Source of the DNA: a virus
Taxonomy: Duplodnaviria; Heunggongvirae; Uroviricota; Caudoviricetes
Reading direction: 5' to 3' (one strand)
IMG/VR virus record: IMGVR_UViG_2737471866_000010
DNA length: 37,527 nt
Shown here: positions 29,199 through 37,527 of the stretch, in pieces
How positions within the stretch are numbered: the first letter of the stretch is position 1
Layout: each line of letters starts with the position of its first letter
Notes under the pieces: generated by a model
Told to the model about the DNA's origin: nothing
The model's input: the letters and a program-made list of their open reading frames with translations, nothing else
The model's database searches: none
Position numbers and translations under genes: made by a program

Positions 29199-29885
29199 GT
29201 GAAAACACTGGCAGAACGATTAAAGATAGGTAGAGAGAAAGCTGGCATGAGCCAAGCTCAACTAGCTGAAAAAATTGGACTTTCACAACAATCTGTAGCC
29301 AAAATAGAGAATGGCGAAACTCTACAACCGCGCAAAATTAAAGAAATTGCAAAAGTTTTAGGTGTATCACAAAAGTGGTTACAACTTGGTATTGAAGACA
29401 ACGCATCCATACCTGATCTTGTTGTAAAAGAAGCAGAAAGCACCGCATTAGACCCCGATATTTTCGTAAACATTCCTGTTTTAGATGTCGAGTTATCGGC
29501 AGGTAACGGATGTCTGGCTGAAATAGTTGAATCAGCTATTGACTGGTTTCCATTAAGAAGAGCAGATTTGAGAAAATCTGGCGTATGTGCATCTAATGCC
29601 AAGATCGTAAAAATATGGGGGAACAGTTTATTACCGGTTCTCAATAATGGAGATCTTGTTGCCGTTGATATTTCTCAAACCGTTCCTATTCGTGATGGCG
29701 ATCTTTATGCCGTACGAGATGGTGTATTGCTAAGGGTTAAAATACTTATCAACTTACCTGACGGTGGCTTGATTCTTAGAAGCTTCAACAAAGATGAGTA
29801 CCCAGATGAAATACTCACCTTTGAAGATAGACGAGCCAGAATTCATGTTATAGGTAGGGTATTCTGGTCATCGCGAACTTGGTAA
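29199..29885 (+). CDS. cI: CI-type repressor (HTH-XRE plus S24 LexA-like peptidase domain)
   Basis: 228-aa ORF with GTG start after AGAGAGGGA; N-terminal HTH (MSQAQLAEKIGLSQQSVAKIENGE) and C-terminal autocleavage-type domain (A-G pair in LSAGNG, GNSLLP Ser motif, later Lys). Confidence 0.85.
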   Translation: MKTLAERLKIGREKAGMSQAQLAEKIGLSQQSVAKIENGETLQPRKIKEIAKVLGVSQKWLQLGIEDNASIPDLVVKEAESTALDPDIFVNIPVLDVELSAGNGCLAEIVESAIDWFPLRRADLRKSGVCASNAKIVKIWGNSLLPVLNNGDLVAVDISQTVPIRDGDLYAVRDGVLLRVKILINLPDGGLILRSFNKDEYPDEILTFEDRRARIHVIGRVFWSSRTW

Positions 29886-30758
29886 TGCATCGAAAAGCAT
29901 TTCTTCAGAAATAATTTTAAGTTTTGCACCATTATCATCCCTATAAGATATAGCCTTTTCGATCTTCCTTCCGTGACTTGAGAATTTCCAATCACGGGAG
30001 GAAAGCGTCCCAATTACTAAAAAATCCAACTTTTGAGTAATTCCACTACTGATGTTCCCACCAGCATTTTTAATCAAATTTTCAACTACGGCTCTCTTTC
30101 CTGCAACAAAAGTGCCTGTAAGACAATAGGTTTTACCCTCTAACTCTATCGAAGCCCCTACATCAATAGGCAGCCTGGTCGCCAAACCATCCACCACCCC
30201 ACTTTCCAAGTCACATCCTGTGAAGTCTACTAATGCCTTATGTAGAGTTAAACTCTCATCTTCAGTAATAACACCATCTTTAAGAATTTCCTTTACAAGT
30301 GCATAAAGTTTTTTTCCTGGGTAGTTGTTCTTCAAAGCTCCATTTTGCTCAAGCCACCAATTAAGATATCTTATTTCTTCTTGAGTTAAGTTCCGATCAG
30401 CAATTAATCCTTTACATAGTCCATTAAGTAAATGGACATCTACATCCTTGGAGTAAAAATCAATTTCAGGGATATCAAGAATTTCCCTCTGTATTTGGAG
30501 AAGGCTATTTTTAAGGTCATCACGTTCTTCTGATGTGATTATTCCATCCGCAAGAATATCCGACACCCGTGCTGATAGACTTTTTATAACTCCATTATTG
30601 ATAATCTGCTTTGCTTCAAGTAACCATGTATCTAAGTAAAGAACCTCCTCTTCACGGACAACTCCATCTGCAATGATTCCATCAATGATGCTAATCAAGT
30701 TAGCAAATAACTTGTCCCGGTTCTGTGTGTAATTAAAAGCGTAAAGCGCGTCTTCCAT
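29868..30758 (-). CDS. BRCT-domain protein with four N-terminal ~40-aa helical repeats; moron in the rex-like position
   Basis: Start at internal ATG (M11) preceded by AAGGAGG; repeats carrying DG[VI][IV]T/REEE; C-terminal GKTYCLTGTF...LDFLVIG...KLKIISEEMLFDAL resembles the BRCT domain of NAD-dependent ligase; AT-rich; convergent with cI, overlapping its 3' end by 18 nt. Confidence 0.6.
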   Translation of the reverse strand: MEDALYAFNYTQNRDKLFANLISIIDGIIADGVVREEEVLYLDTWLLEAKQIINNGVIKSLSARVSDILADGIITSEERDDLKNSLLQIQREILDIPEIDFYSKDVDVHLLNGLCKGLIADRNLTQEEIRYLNWWLEQNGALKNNYPGKKLYALVKEILKDGVITEDESLTLHKALVDFTGCDLESGVVDGLATRLPIDVGASIELEGKTYCLTGTFVAGKRAVVENLIKNAGGNISSGITQKLDFLVIGTLSSRDWKFSSHGRKIEKAISYRDDNGAKLKIISEEMLFDALPSSR

Positions 30759-30799
30759 ACAACCTCCTTTTTTTGATAATCCTTGCACTCCTTGGCTAC

Positions 30800-30890
30800 T
30801 CGTTCAAACCACATAAAGTTGTTGACAACATTCAAAACCACAACTAAATTACAACTTAAAGGTGTTAAAACAACGAACAGGCAGGACGCC
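30800..30890. promoter_or_regulatory. OL-like operator region with candidate PL promoter (-35 TTGACA 30822-30827, -10 TAAATT 30845-30850, plus strand)
   Basis: Shares ACATAAAGTTGT and ACAACTTAAAGGTGTT with the cro-cI operator region; consensus -35 with 17-bp spacer to a -10-like hexamer, directed toward the early-left genes. Confidence 0.45.
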
Positions 30891-30966
30891 CACGAAGTAG
30901 CCGCCTGGGGCATATGAAGTCCAGGATGATTCGTTAGCAACAAAAAAGCGCCCTACAGGACGCTTA

Positions 30967-31011
30967 GCTCTTTAACAATCTGGTCCCCATCAACAAGTAA
31001 CTGATAACTTG
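30967..31011 (+). promoter_or_regulatory. boxA-like element (GCTCTTTAACAA) followed by a small hairpin in the early-left leader
   Basis: 12-mer matching the rrn-type boxA consensus, about 110 nt downstream of candidate PL and before the first early-left ORF; hairpin caagt-aactgata-acttg. Confidence 0.3.
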
Positions 31012-31023
31012 AGGAGGTGTGAA

Positions 31024-31230
31024 ATGCACAAAACAGAACCCAAAATCGTCGCGCCTGGCTACACAGATGAGGAAATTTATGAGTGGATGACAAAGAAGCT
31101 GGCAGCTATAAACCAGCTTCGTGAAGTGCTGTCTTATCGACAGGAAACAATAGACTCCTTAAAAAAACTGGATCAGGAAATCACGGTTTTATCACAGGAT
31201 GTTACTTTAGATATTGTGCAGACAAATTAG
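31024..31230 (+). CDS. Small hypothetical early-left protein (68 aa)
   Basis: Start at internal ATG (M6 of ORF 31009..31230) preceded by GAGGAGG; not Arg-rich, so not N-like. Confidence 0.4.
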   Translation: MHKTEPKIVAPGYTDEEIYEWMTKKLAAINQLREVLSYRQETIDSLKKLDQEITVLSQDVTLDIVQTN

Positions 31231-31636
31231 GATCCCATTCATTTTCGTCAAAATCATCAAAGTGATGAATTTGTGATCTCCAGTCTCGATAATCTAAAAA
31301 TTTCTGGGCGGTTACGCTTATTTTATCAAGTGTGAGTTCATCCTGAATTGAAAGAAGAAGTTCATCAAATTTCATCTCATTAATCTGTTTTGGCATCCAG
31401 TGATGCTTCATCAGAATAAGGTGAACCAGAGCCTTTTTCCCATTCAACTGATTATAGGGAGTGCCGAATTTCTTCCGGTGCTCATGTAAGACAAGGTCCA
31501 GAAGAGTAAGTAATGTTGCCCTTGATTCAACTTTGCTTATTTCGACTGATGACACTACCCCACTGATTTCAATGCCCCGATACTTTCCAACATTTTCACA
31601 GTGGGATTTGTACAGCGTGTAGATATTACCGGACAT
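31202..31636 (-). CDS. Hypothetical protein, AT-rich moron antisense to the early-left operon
   Basis: 144-aa ORF with ATG after AAAGGAAAAG; visibly lower GC than neighbours; opposite orientation to surrounding early genes. Confidence 0.45.
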   Translation of the reverse strand: MSGNIYTLYKSHCENVGKYRGIEISGVVSSVEISKVESRATLLTLLDLVLHEHRKKFGTPYNQLNGKKALVHLILMKHHWMPKQINEMKFDELLLSIQDELTLDKISVTAQKFLDYRDWRSQIHHFDDFDENEWDPNLSAQYLK

Positions 31637-32104
31637 TTCTTTTCCTTTTGCATTGTTGGGGATAACCAGATTAACCGAATCCTTGTTGTTGGGGAATAAC
31701 CAGGTCCACCTCGCCTGATGTGGCTAAAAGCAGGCACATAACAGCTAAGTATTTTCAACCAGAGAGAATCCTTAGCGTTGTGGTGAATGCGGCTCAGCGC
31801 ACGCGGGTTAAGGTTGAGGCTGACAGTCGACCTTCTGTGGATACCCACCCGCCTGGTGTGCAACCTTCGCCAGGCACCGGGAGGCACCCGGCACCACAAC
31901 TTTATGCTGTGTGTAGTCTTGGCGGTACCAGCTTGTACCCTTGCTTCCGGCTGGTACCGTCCTTTTTACAAAACAGAGAAGAGCATCACCGGACGACGGG
32001 CTCATAACCCAATCCATCCGGGCGGCAGTCACCGCAGGTGTTCTTCTCTGTTTTGTGGAGAAACTAACCGACCTTGCAGGGTCGATATGATGAGGAGCAG
32101 CAAA

Positions 32105-32467
32105 ATGGCTAGCGAACGCAGTACTGATGTGCAGGCATTTATCGGGGAGCTGGACGGCGGCGTATTTGAAACCAAAATCGGCGCAGTTCTCAGTGAAGTC
32201 GCTTCCGGTGTGATGAACACGAAAACCAAAGGTAAGGTCTCGCTCAACCTAGAAATCGAACCGTTTGATGAGAACCGAGTGAAAATCAAACACAAACTCT
32301 CATATGTTCGCCCGACTAACCGCGGGAAAATTTCCGAAGAAGACACCACCGAAACGCCGATGTATGTCAATCGCGGTGGTCGCCTGACTATTCTGCAGGA
32401 AGACCAGGGACAGTTGCTGACTCTTGCCGGTGAACCTGACGGAAAACTCCGCGCAGCAGGTCGTTAA
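32105..32467 (+). CDS. YfdP-like hypothetical phage protein
   Basis: Start at ATG preceded by GAGGAG (M107 of ORF 31787..32467; the upstream extension is not protein-like); size and synteny with the following YfdQ/R/S/T-like genes. Confidence 0.4.
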   Translation: MASERSTDVQAFIGELDGGVFETKIGAVLSEVASGVMNTKTKGKVSLNLEIEPFDENRVKIKHKLSYVRPTNRGKISEEDTTETPMYVNRGGRLTILQEDQGQLLTLAGEPDGKLRAAGR

Positions 32468-32532
32468 TATCGTTTTTAATTAACTGATTATTTATCTCAT
32501 CACTGAATATCTTTATATAGTGAGGACTTATT

Positions 32533-33357
32533 ATGTCTCAGAACTTAGACGCAACCGCAATTAATCAAATCCATGCCCTTATTTCTGCTCAGGGTGTTAA
32601 TGAAATTATCAGTAAGATTGGTGCCGATGCTGTGGCATTGCCTGAGAATTTCTGCATTCATGATCTGGAAAAATTTAATTTAAATCGCTTCCGTTTCCGT
32701 GGTGCGCTTTCCACTGCCAGCATCGATGACTTTACCCGTTATTCTAAAGATCTTGCAGATGAAGGCACCCGCTGCTTTATCGATGCTGATAATATGCGTG
32801 CCGTCAGTGTGCTTAACCTAGGTACTATTGATGAACCAGGTCACGCAGATAACACCGCCACACTCAAACTGAAAAAGACAGCACCGTTCTCTGCTCTGTT
32901 GTCTGTTAACGGCGAGCGTAACTCCCAGAAGTCACTAGCAGAATGGATTGAAGACTGGGCCGACTATCTTGTGGGCTTTGATGCTAATGGTGACGCTATT
33001 CAGGCAACAAAAGCGGCTGCGGCTGTCCGTAAAATCACGATTGAAGCAAACCAGACCGCTGATTTTGAAGATAATGACTTCAGCGGCAAACGCTCCCTGA
33101 TGGAGTCTGTCGAAGCGAAGACCAAAGACATTATGCCAGTGGCATTTGAATTTAAATGCGTTCCGTTTGAAGGTCTGAAAGAACGTCCGTTTAAATTACG
33201 CCTCAGTATTATCACTGGCGATCGTCCTGTACTGGTTCTGCGCATTATTCAGCTGGAGGCGGTGCAGGAAGAAATGGCTAACGAATTTCGTGATCTGCTT
33301 GTTGAGAAATTCAAGGACAGCAAAGTAGAAACCTTTATTGGTACTTTCACCGCCTGA
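32533..33357 (+). CDS. YfdQ-like protein (DUF2303 family)
   Basis: 274-aa ORF; length and synteny match the CPS-53 yfdQ position; assignment from memory. Confidence 0.5.
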   Translation: MSQNLDATAINQIHALISAQGVNEIISKIGADAVALPENFCIHDLEKFNLNRFRFRGALSTASIDDFTRYSKDLADEGTRCFIDADNMRAVSVLNLGTIDEPGHADNTATLKLKKTAPFSALLSVNGERNSQKSLAEWIEDWADYLVGFDANGDAIQATKAAAAVRKITIEANQTADFEDNDFSGKRSLMESVEAKTKDIMPVAFEFKCVPFEGLKERPFKLRLSIITGDRPVLVLRIIQLEAVQEEMANEFRDLLVEKFKDSKVETFIGTFTA

Positions 33358-33484
33358 TTTCATTACTGCAAATGCCCCTGCGGGGGCATTTATGGAATCG
33401 TAATTTACTCAATAATCGCCGGATGGTGAGGGATTCTTTTTACCAGAATTCAGCGCGGTGCAGCGCATATACGTGGAGAACAAA

Positions 33485-34021
33485 ATGTCATTTATTAAAA
33501 CTTTTTCCGGGAAGCATTTTTATTATGACAGGATAAATAAAGACGACATCGATATTAACGATATCGCGGTTTCCCTTTCAAATATCTGTCGCTTTGCCGG
33601 TCATCTTTCGCACTTCTACAGCGTCGCCCAACATGCGGTTCTTTGCAGCCAGCTGGTGCCGCAGGAATTTGCTTTTGAAGCGTTAATGCATGATGCAACA
33701 GAAGCGTATTGCCAGGACATTCCCGCACCACTGAAACGCCTTCTTCCTGACTATAAACAAATGGAAGAAAAAATAGACGCCGTAATCCGTGAGAAATACG
33801 GGTTACCCCCAGTTATGAGTACGCCCGTGAAATATGCCGATCTCATCATGCTGGCAACCGAACGCCGCGATCTCGGGCTTGATGATGGCTCTTTCTGGCC
33901 TGTACTGGAAGGTATCCCGGCAACAGAGATGTTCAACGTGATTCCACTGGCACCGGGCCATGCCTACGGGATGTTTATGGAACGCTTTAACGAGTTATCG
34001 GAGTTACGCAAATGCGCATGA
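33485..34021 (+). CDS. HD-domain phosphohydrolase (YfdR-like)
   Basis: Start at internal ATG (M10) after GGAGAAC; His/Asp metal-binding pattern (AQHAVL...MHDATEAY) typical of HD hydrolases. Confidence 0.55.
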   Translation: MSFIKTFSGKHFYYDRINKDDIDINDIAVSLSNICRFAGHLSHFYSVAQHAVLCSQLVPQEFAFEALMHDATEAYCQDIPAPLKRLLPDYKQMEEKIDAVIREKYGLPPVMSTPVKYADLIMLATERRDLGLDDGSFWPVLEGIPATEMFNVIPLAPGHAYGMFMERFNELSELRKCA

Positions 34022-34374
34022 ATGTTTTCGAAATGGAAGGGTTTCTTCGTGGGAGATGTGTACCGCGAGATCTGAAAGTAAATGAAACAGATGCTGAATA
34101 CCTGGTGCGTAAATTCGATGCGCTTGAAGCTAAATGTGCAGCACAGGAAAACAAAGTAATACCAGTGTCAACTGAACTGCCACCAGCAAATGAAAGTGTT
34201 TTGTTATTCGATGCTAACGGAGAAGGCTGGCTAATTGGCTGGCGTTCTCTCTGGTACACCTGGGGACAAAAAGAAACCGGAGAATGGCAGTGGACATTTC
34301 AGGTCGGGGACCTTGAAAACGTCAATATCACTCACTGGGCAGTAATGCCAAAAGCACCGGAGGCTGGAGCATAA
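34012..34374 (+). CDS. YfdS-like hypothetical phage protein
   Basis: 120-aa ORF overlapping the upstream stop; synteny. Confidence 0.4.
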   Translation: MRMNVFEMEGFLRGRCVPRDLKVNETDAEYLVRKFDALEAKCAAQENKVIPVSTELPPANESVLLFDANGEGWLIGWRSLWYTWGQKETGEWQWTFQVGDLENVNITHWAVMPKAPEAGA

Positions 34375-34679
34375 TGACCACTTTTACCGACAAAGAACTG
34401 ATTAAAGAAATTAAAGAGCGTATCAGCAGTCTTGACGTGCGAGACGATATTGAGCGCCGTGCTTATGAAATCACACTCCTATCTCTGGAAGTAGAACCAG
34501 ATGAACGCGAAGCTTATGAATTATTCATGGAAAAGCGTTTCGGTGACTTAGTAGATCGTCGGAGAGCAAAAAACGGCGATAAAGAATACATGGCATGGGA
34601 TATGACTCTCGGTTGGATCGTCTGGCAGCAACGAGCTGGTATCCATTTTTCAACAATGTCACAGCAAGAGGTGAAATAA
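34374..34679 (+). CDS. YfdT-like hypothetical phage protein
   Basis: 101-aa ORF; start overlaps the upstream stop and its own stop overlaps the xis start (TAATG). Confidence 0.4.
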   Translation: MTTFTDKELIKEIKERISSLDVRDDIERRAYEITLLSLEVEPDEREAYELFMEKRFGDLVDRRRAKNGDKEYMAWDMTLGWIVWQQRAGIHFSTMSQQEVK

Positions 34680-35029
34680 TGGAGCCATACAGCCTCACAC
34701 TCGATGAGGCCTGTCATTTTCTCAAGATATCCAGACCGACTGCCATTAACTGGATACGCACAGGGCGTCTTCAGGCAACACGCAAAGATCCCACTAAGAA
34801 TAAATCTCCTTACCTCACAACACGACAAGCCTGCATTGCGGCTCTTCAGTCTCCGCTGCATACTGTCCAGGTGAGCGCGGGTGATGGCATAACAGAGGAA
34901 AGAAAATGTCACTCTTCCGCAGAGGTGAAATATGGTACGCCAGTTTCACATTGCCGAACGGTAAAAGATTTAAACAGTCTCTTGGAACAAAGGACAAAAG
35001 GCAGGCGACAGAACTCCATGACAAGCTAA
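34679..35029 (+). CDS. xis: Excisionase (P22 Xis / AlpA-like HTH)
   Basis: Start at internal ATG (M29 of ORF 34595..35029) after AGAGGTG; [34 protein letters not shown]; 116 aa, overlapping the integrase start. Confidence 0.6.
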   Translation: MEPYSLTLDEACHFLKISRPTAINWIRTGRLQATRKDPTKNKSPYLTTRQACIAALQSPLHTVQVSAGDGITEERKCHSSAEVKYGTPVSHCRTVKDLNSLLEQRTKGRRQNSMTS

Positions 35030-36069
35030 AGGCTGAAGCATGGCGGGTCAGCAAACTTGGTGAAATACCTGATATAACGTTCGAGGAAGCGTGTGTCAGG
35101 TGGCTTGAAGAGAAAGCACATAAAAAATCACTGGACGATGACAAAAGCCGGATCGGATTCTGGCTTCAACATTTCGCAGGAATGCAACTAAGAGACATTA
35201 CTGAATCAAAAATTTATTCAGCAATGCAGAAAATGACGAACCGGCGTCATGAGGAAAACTGGAAACTCAGGGCAGAAGCATGCAGAAAAAAAGGGAAACC
35301 TGTTCCAGAATACACGCCAAAACCAGCGTCCGTTGCAACGAAGGCTACGCATCTTTCATTTATAAAGGCCCTACTAAGAGCCGCAGAGCGTGAATGGAAA
35401 ATGCTGGATAAGGCACCAATTATTAAAGTGCCTCAACCAAAGAATAAACGGATCCGCTGGCTGGAGCCCCATGAAGCACAAAGACTGATTGATGAATGTC
35501 CGGAGCCATTAAAGTCTGTTGTTGAATTTGCACTGGCAACAGGCTTAAGACGCTCGAACATCATCAACCTTGAATGGCAACAAATAGATATGCAGCGCCG
35601 GGTGGCATGGATAAACCCGGAAGAGAGTAAATCAAACCGCGCAATCGGCGTTGCGCTGAATGATACTGCATGTCGCGTTTTGAAAAAACAAATCGGGAAT
35701 CATCACCGTTGGGTATTTGTGTACAAGGAAAGCTGTACCAAACCAGACGGAACGAAAGCGCCAACAGTAAGGAAGATGCGGTATGACGCAAACACAGCCT
35801 GGAAAGCAGCGCTGAGACGGGCTGGTATTGATGATTTCAGATTTCACGACTTGAGACACACCTGGGCAAGTTGGCTGGTTCAAGCCGGAGTCCCGTTGTC
35901 AGTGTTACAGGAAATGGGAGGCTGGGAGTCTATCGAAATGGTTCGTCGATATGCTCACCTTGCACCTAATCACCTTACCGAACACGCACGGCAAATAGAC
36001 TCGATCCTGAACCCATCGGTCCCAAATTTGTCCCAGTCAAAAAATAAGGAAGGTACTAATGATGTGTAA
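34906..36069 (+). CDS. int: Tyrosine integrase (P22-type, thrW-targeting)
   Basis: 387-aa ORF with C-terminal catalytic pattern ([10 protein letters not shown]...RRYAHL); ends 15 bp from the tRNA-Thr 3' end. Confidence 0.9.
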   Translation: MSLFRRGEIWYASFTLPNGKRFKQSLGTKDKRQATELHDKLKAEAWRVSKLGEIPDITFEEACVRWLEEKAHKKSLDDDKSRIGFWLQHFAGMQLRDITESKIYSAMQKMTNRRHEENWKLRAEACRKKGKPVPEYTPKPASVATKATHLSFIKALLRAAEREWKMLDKAPIIKVPQPKNKRIRWLEPHEAQRLIDECPEPLKSVVEFALATGLRRSNIINLEWQQIDMQRRVAWINPEESKSNRAIGVALNDTACRVLKKQIGNHHRWVFVYKESCTKPDGTKAPTVRKMRYDANTAWKAALRRAGIDDFRFHDLRHTWASWLVQAGVPLSVLQEMGGWESIEMVRRYAHLAPNHLTEHARQIDSILNPSVPNLSQSKNKEGTNDV

Positions 36070-36083
36070 CTTATTGATTTAAA

Positions 36084-36159
36084 TGGTGCCGATAATAGGA
36101 GTCGAACCTACGACCTTCGCATTACGAATGCGCTGCTCTACCAACTGAGCTATATCGGC
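36084..36159 (-). tRNA. thrW: tRNA-Thr (anticodon CGU), thrW
   Basis: Reverse complement reads GCCGATATAGCTCAGTTGGTAGAGCAGCGCATTCGTAATGCGAAGGTCGTAGGTTCGACTCCTATTATCGGCACCA: 7-bp acceptor stem, D and T arms, CGT anticodon, 3' CCA. Confidence 0.9.
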
Positions 36160-36273
36160 CCTGAAAGGACATGTTCACGAACGTGAATCACGGTGGACAA
36201 GGTTAAAACTAACCGGGCGATGCGTCAATGGCCTTGTGAATCAAATGGCTACTTTTGCATCACCCGGTTTTAT

Positions 36274-37527
36274 TTACGCACGAATGGTGTAATCACCAAT
36301 GCCGATCCACTTGTAAGTGGTCAGTGCTTCCAGCCCCATTGGGCCACGCGCGTGGAGTTTTTGTGTGCTTACCGCCACTTCCGCACCCAGACCAAACTGG
36401 CCGCCGTCGGTAAAACGCGTAGAGGCGTTAACGTAAACAGCGGACGAATCCACTTCGTTAACAAAACGCTGGGCGTTGCGCATATCGCGGGTCAGGATCG
36501 CATCGGAGTGTTGTGTGCCGTGTTCACGAATATGGGCGATGGCATCGTCAAGATCGCTGACGATTTTGACGTTCAAATCTAATGACAGAAACTCATCGTC
36601 ATACTCTTCGGCTTTAACAGCAACCACCTTCGCAGGGCCTGCCTGCAACTGCGCCAGTGCAGCTGCATCTGCGTGTAATGTCACGCCGCTTTCCGCCATT
36701 TGTTTGCTTAATGCGGGCAGGAAGCTATCGGCGATGTTTTTATTCACCAGCAACGTTTCAACCGTATTACATGTGCTCGGACGCTGAGTTTTCGCGTTGA
36801 CGATCACTTTTAATGCTTCAGCGATCTCTACACTTTCATCAACGTAAATATGGCATACGCCTATACCACCTGTGATCACCGGGATTGTCGACTGTTCACG
36901 GCACAGTTTATGCAAACCAGCGCCACCACGCGGGATCAGCATGTCGATGTATTTATCCATACGCAGCATTTCACTGACCAGCGCACGGTCAGGATTATCA
37001 ATCGCCTGCACGGCACCCGCCGGTAAGCCGCAGGATTTCAGGGCGTCCTGAATCACCGCCACCGTTGCAGCGTTAGTGCGACACGTTTCTTTGCCACCGC
37101 GCAGGATCACCGCATTACCGGTTTTCAGGCACAGCGAAGCGACATCAACCGTCACGTTCGGGCGCGCTTCATAAATCACGCCAATAACCCCCAGCGGTAC
37201 GCGACGACGCTCAAGACGCAGGCCGCTGTCCAGTACGCTGCCATCGATTACCTGCCCCACCGGATCGGCGAGGTTACACACCTGGCGCACATCATCGGCA
37301 ATGCCTTTCAGCCGTGCGGGCGTCAGTGCCAGACGGTCAAGCATCGCTTCGCCAAGGCCATTGGCACGCGCGTCAGCAACATCCTGGGCGTTAGCGTTGA
37401 GGATGATTTCGCTTTGTGCTTCCAGTTCATCGGCGATTTTTTCCAGCACGCGATTTTTTTCGCGGCTGGAGAGTTGCGCTAATTTATACGAGGCTTGCTT
37501 CGCGGCAATGCCCATTTGTTCCAGCAT
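36274..37527 (-). CDS. proA: Gamma-glutamyl phosphate reductase (proline biosynthesis), complete; start codon at the window edge
   Basis: 417-aa ORF matching E. coli ProA essentially along its length as recalled ([38 protein letters not shown]...). Confidence 0.95.
   Translation of the reverse strand: MLEQMGIAAKQASYKLAQLSSREKNRVLEKIADELEAQSEIILNANAQDVADARANGLGEAMLDRLALTPARLKGIADDVRQVCNLADPVGQVIDGSVLDSGLRLERRRVPLGVIGVIYEARPNVTVDVASLCLKTGNAVILRGGKETCRTNAATVAVIQDALKSCGLPAGAVQAIDNPDRALVSEMLRMDKYIDMLIPRGGAGLHKLCREQSTIPVITGGIGVCHIYVDESVEIAEALKVIVNAKTQRPSTCNTVETLLVNKNIADSFLPALSKQMAESGVTLHADAAALAQLQAGPAKVVAVKAEEYDDEFLSLDLNVKIVSDLDDAIAHIREHGTQHSDAILTRDMRNAQRFVNEVDSSAVYVNASTRFTDGGQFGLGAEVAVSTQKLHARGPMGLEALTTYKWIGIGDYTIRA

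Larger units (their letters stand above)
1..36100. mobile_element. Lambdoid/Mu-tail mosaic prophage, right portion, integrated at thrW; left end lies outside the window
   Basis: Contiguous phage modules (tail, head, packaging, lysis, Q, nin, replication, immunity, recombination) ending in a tyrosine integrase 15 bp from the tRNA-Thr 3' end; proA follows as host flank. Confidence 0.85.

Noticed and set aside
30695-30943. 82-aa minus-strand ORF upstream of the BRCT gene
   Set aside because: Overlaps the BRCT gene 5' end and the OL/PL operator-promoter region with no ribosome-binding site; the upstream extension of the BRCT ORF beyond the AAGGAGG-preceded ATG is likewise rejected
31024-31230. 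N-type antiterminator assignment for the first early-left ORF
   Set aside because: The protein has no arginine-rich N-terminal motif and is acidic and helical, so despite its position after a boxA-like site it is left as hypothetical
31640-32100. Retron msr/msd reading of the inverted-repeat element
   Set aside because: No reverse transcriptase gene is adjacent or anywhere in the window, so despite the a1/a2-like inverted repeats a retron is not supported
31787-32104. Long N-terminal extension of the YfdP-like ORF
   Set aside because: The first ~100 codons are GC-rich and Pro/Gly/Arg/Cys-rich with no ribosome-binding site, and they cover the structured inverted repeats; the real start is the ATG at 32105 after GAGGAG
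1-37527. Insertion sequences or transposase genes
   Set aside because: No transposase-like ORF or terminal inverted repeats were seen; the AT-rich islands carry single cargo genes with phage-style coupling and terminators

Overview
This window is the right-hand ~36 kb of a mosaic temperate prophage integrated at the tRNA-Thr gene (thrW) next to proA, which ends the window. Almost all prophage genes are on the minus strand. From left to right: a Mu-like contractile tail and baseplate module (tail fiber N-terminus through sheath), an HK97-like head module (capsid, protease, portal, large and small terminase, HNH endonuclease), a lambda-type lysis cassette (holin, R endolysin, Rz/Rz1), a phage-82/DLP12-type Q antiterminator, a nin-like region (DUF968, KilA-N, RusA, LexA-like binder, Dam-type methyltransferase, PerC-like regulator), an O-like replication initiator with embedded iterons, a 186-type CII, Cro, a divergent CI repressor, a leftward early region (YfdP/Q/R/S/T-like genes), and a P22-like Xis and integrase. 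Several AT-rich cargo (moron) loci are inserted at classic hotspots. The strongest candidate for a previously undescribed system is a two-gene plus-strand operon between Q and the holin (20678-22880): an NdpA/YejK-family (NA37) nucleoid-associated-protein homolog translationally coupled to a 393-aa protein with two C-terminal transmembrane helices. Other candidates are a BRCT-domain repeat protein in the rex-like position between cI and OL, a lipoprotein inside the tail module, a membrane/coiled-coil protein after Rz with its own terminator, and a GC-rich ORF-free structured element in the early-left region. All assignments are from reading the sequence and recalled family signatures; no database search was run.
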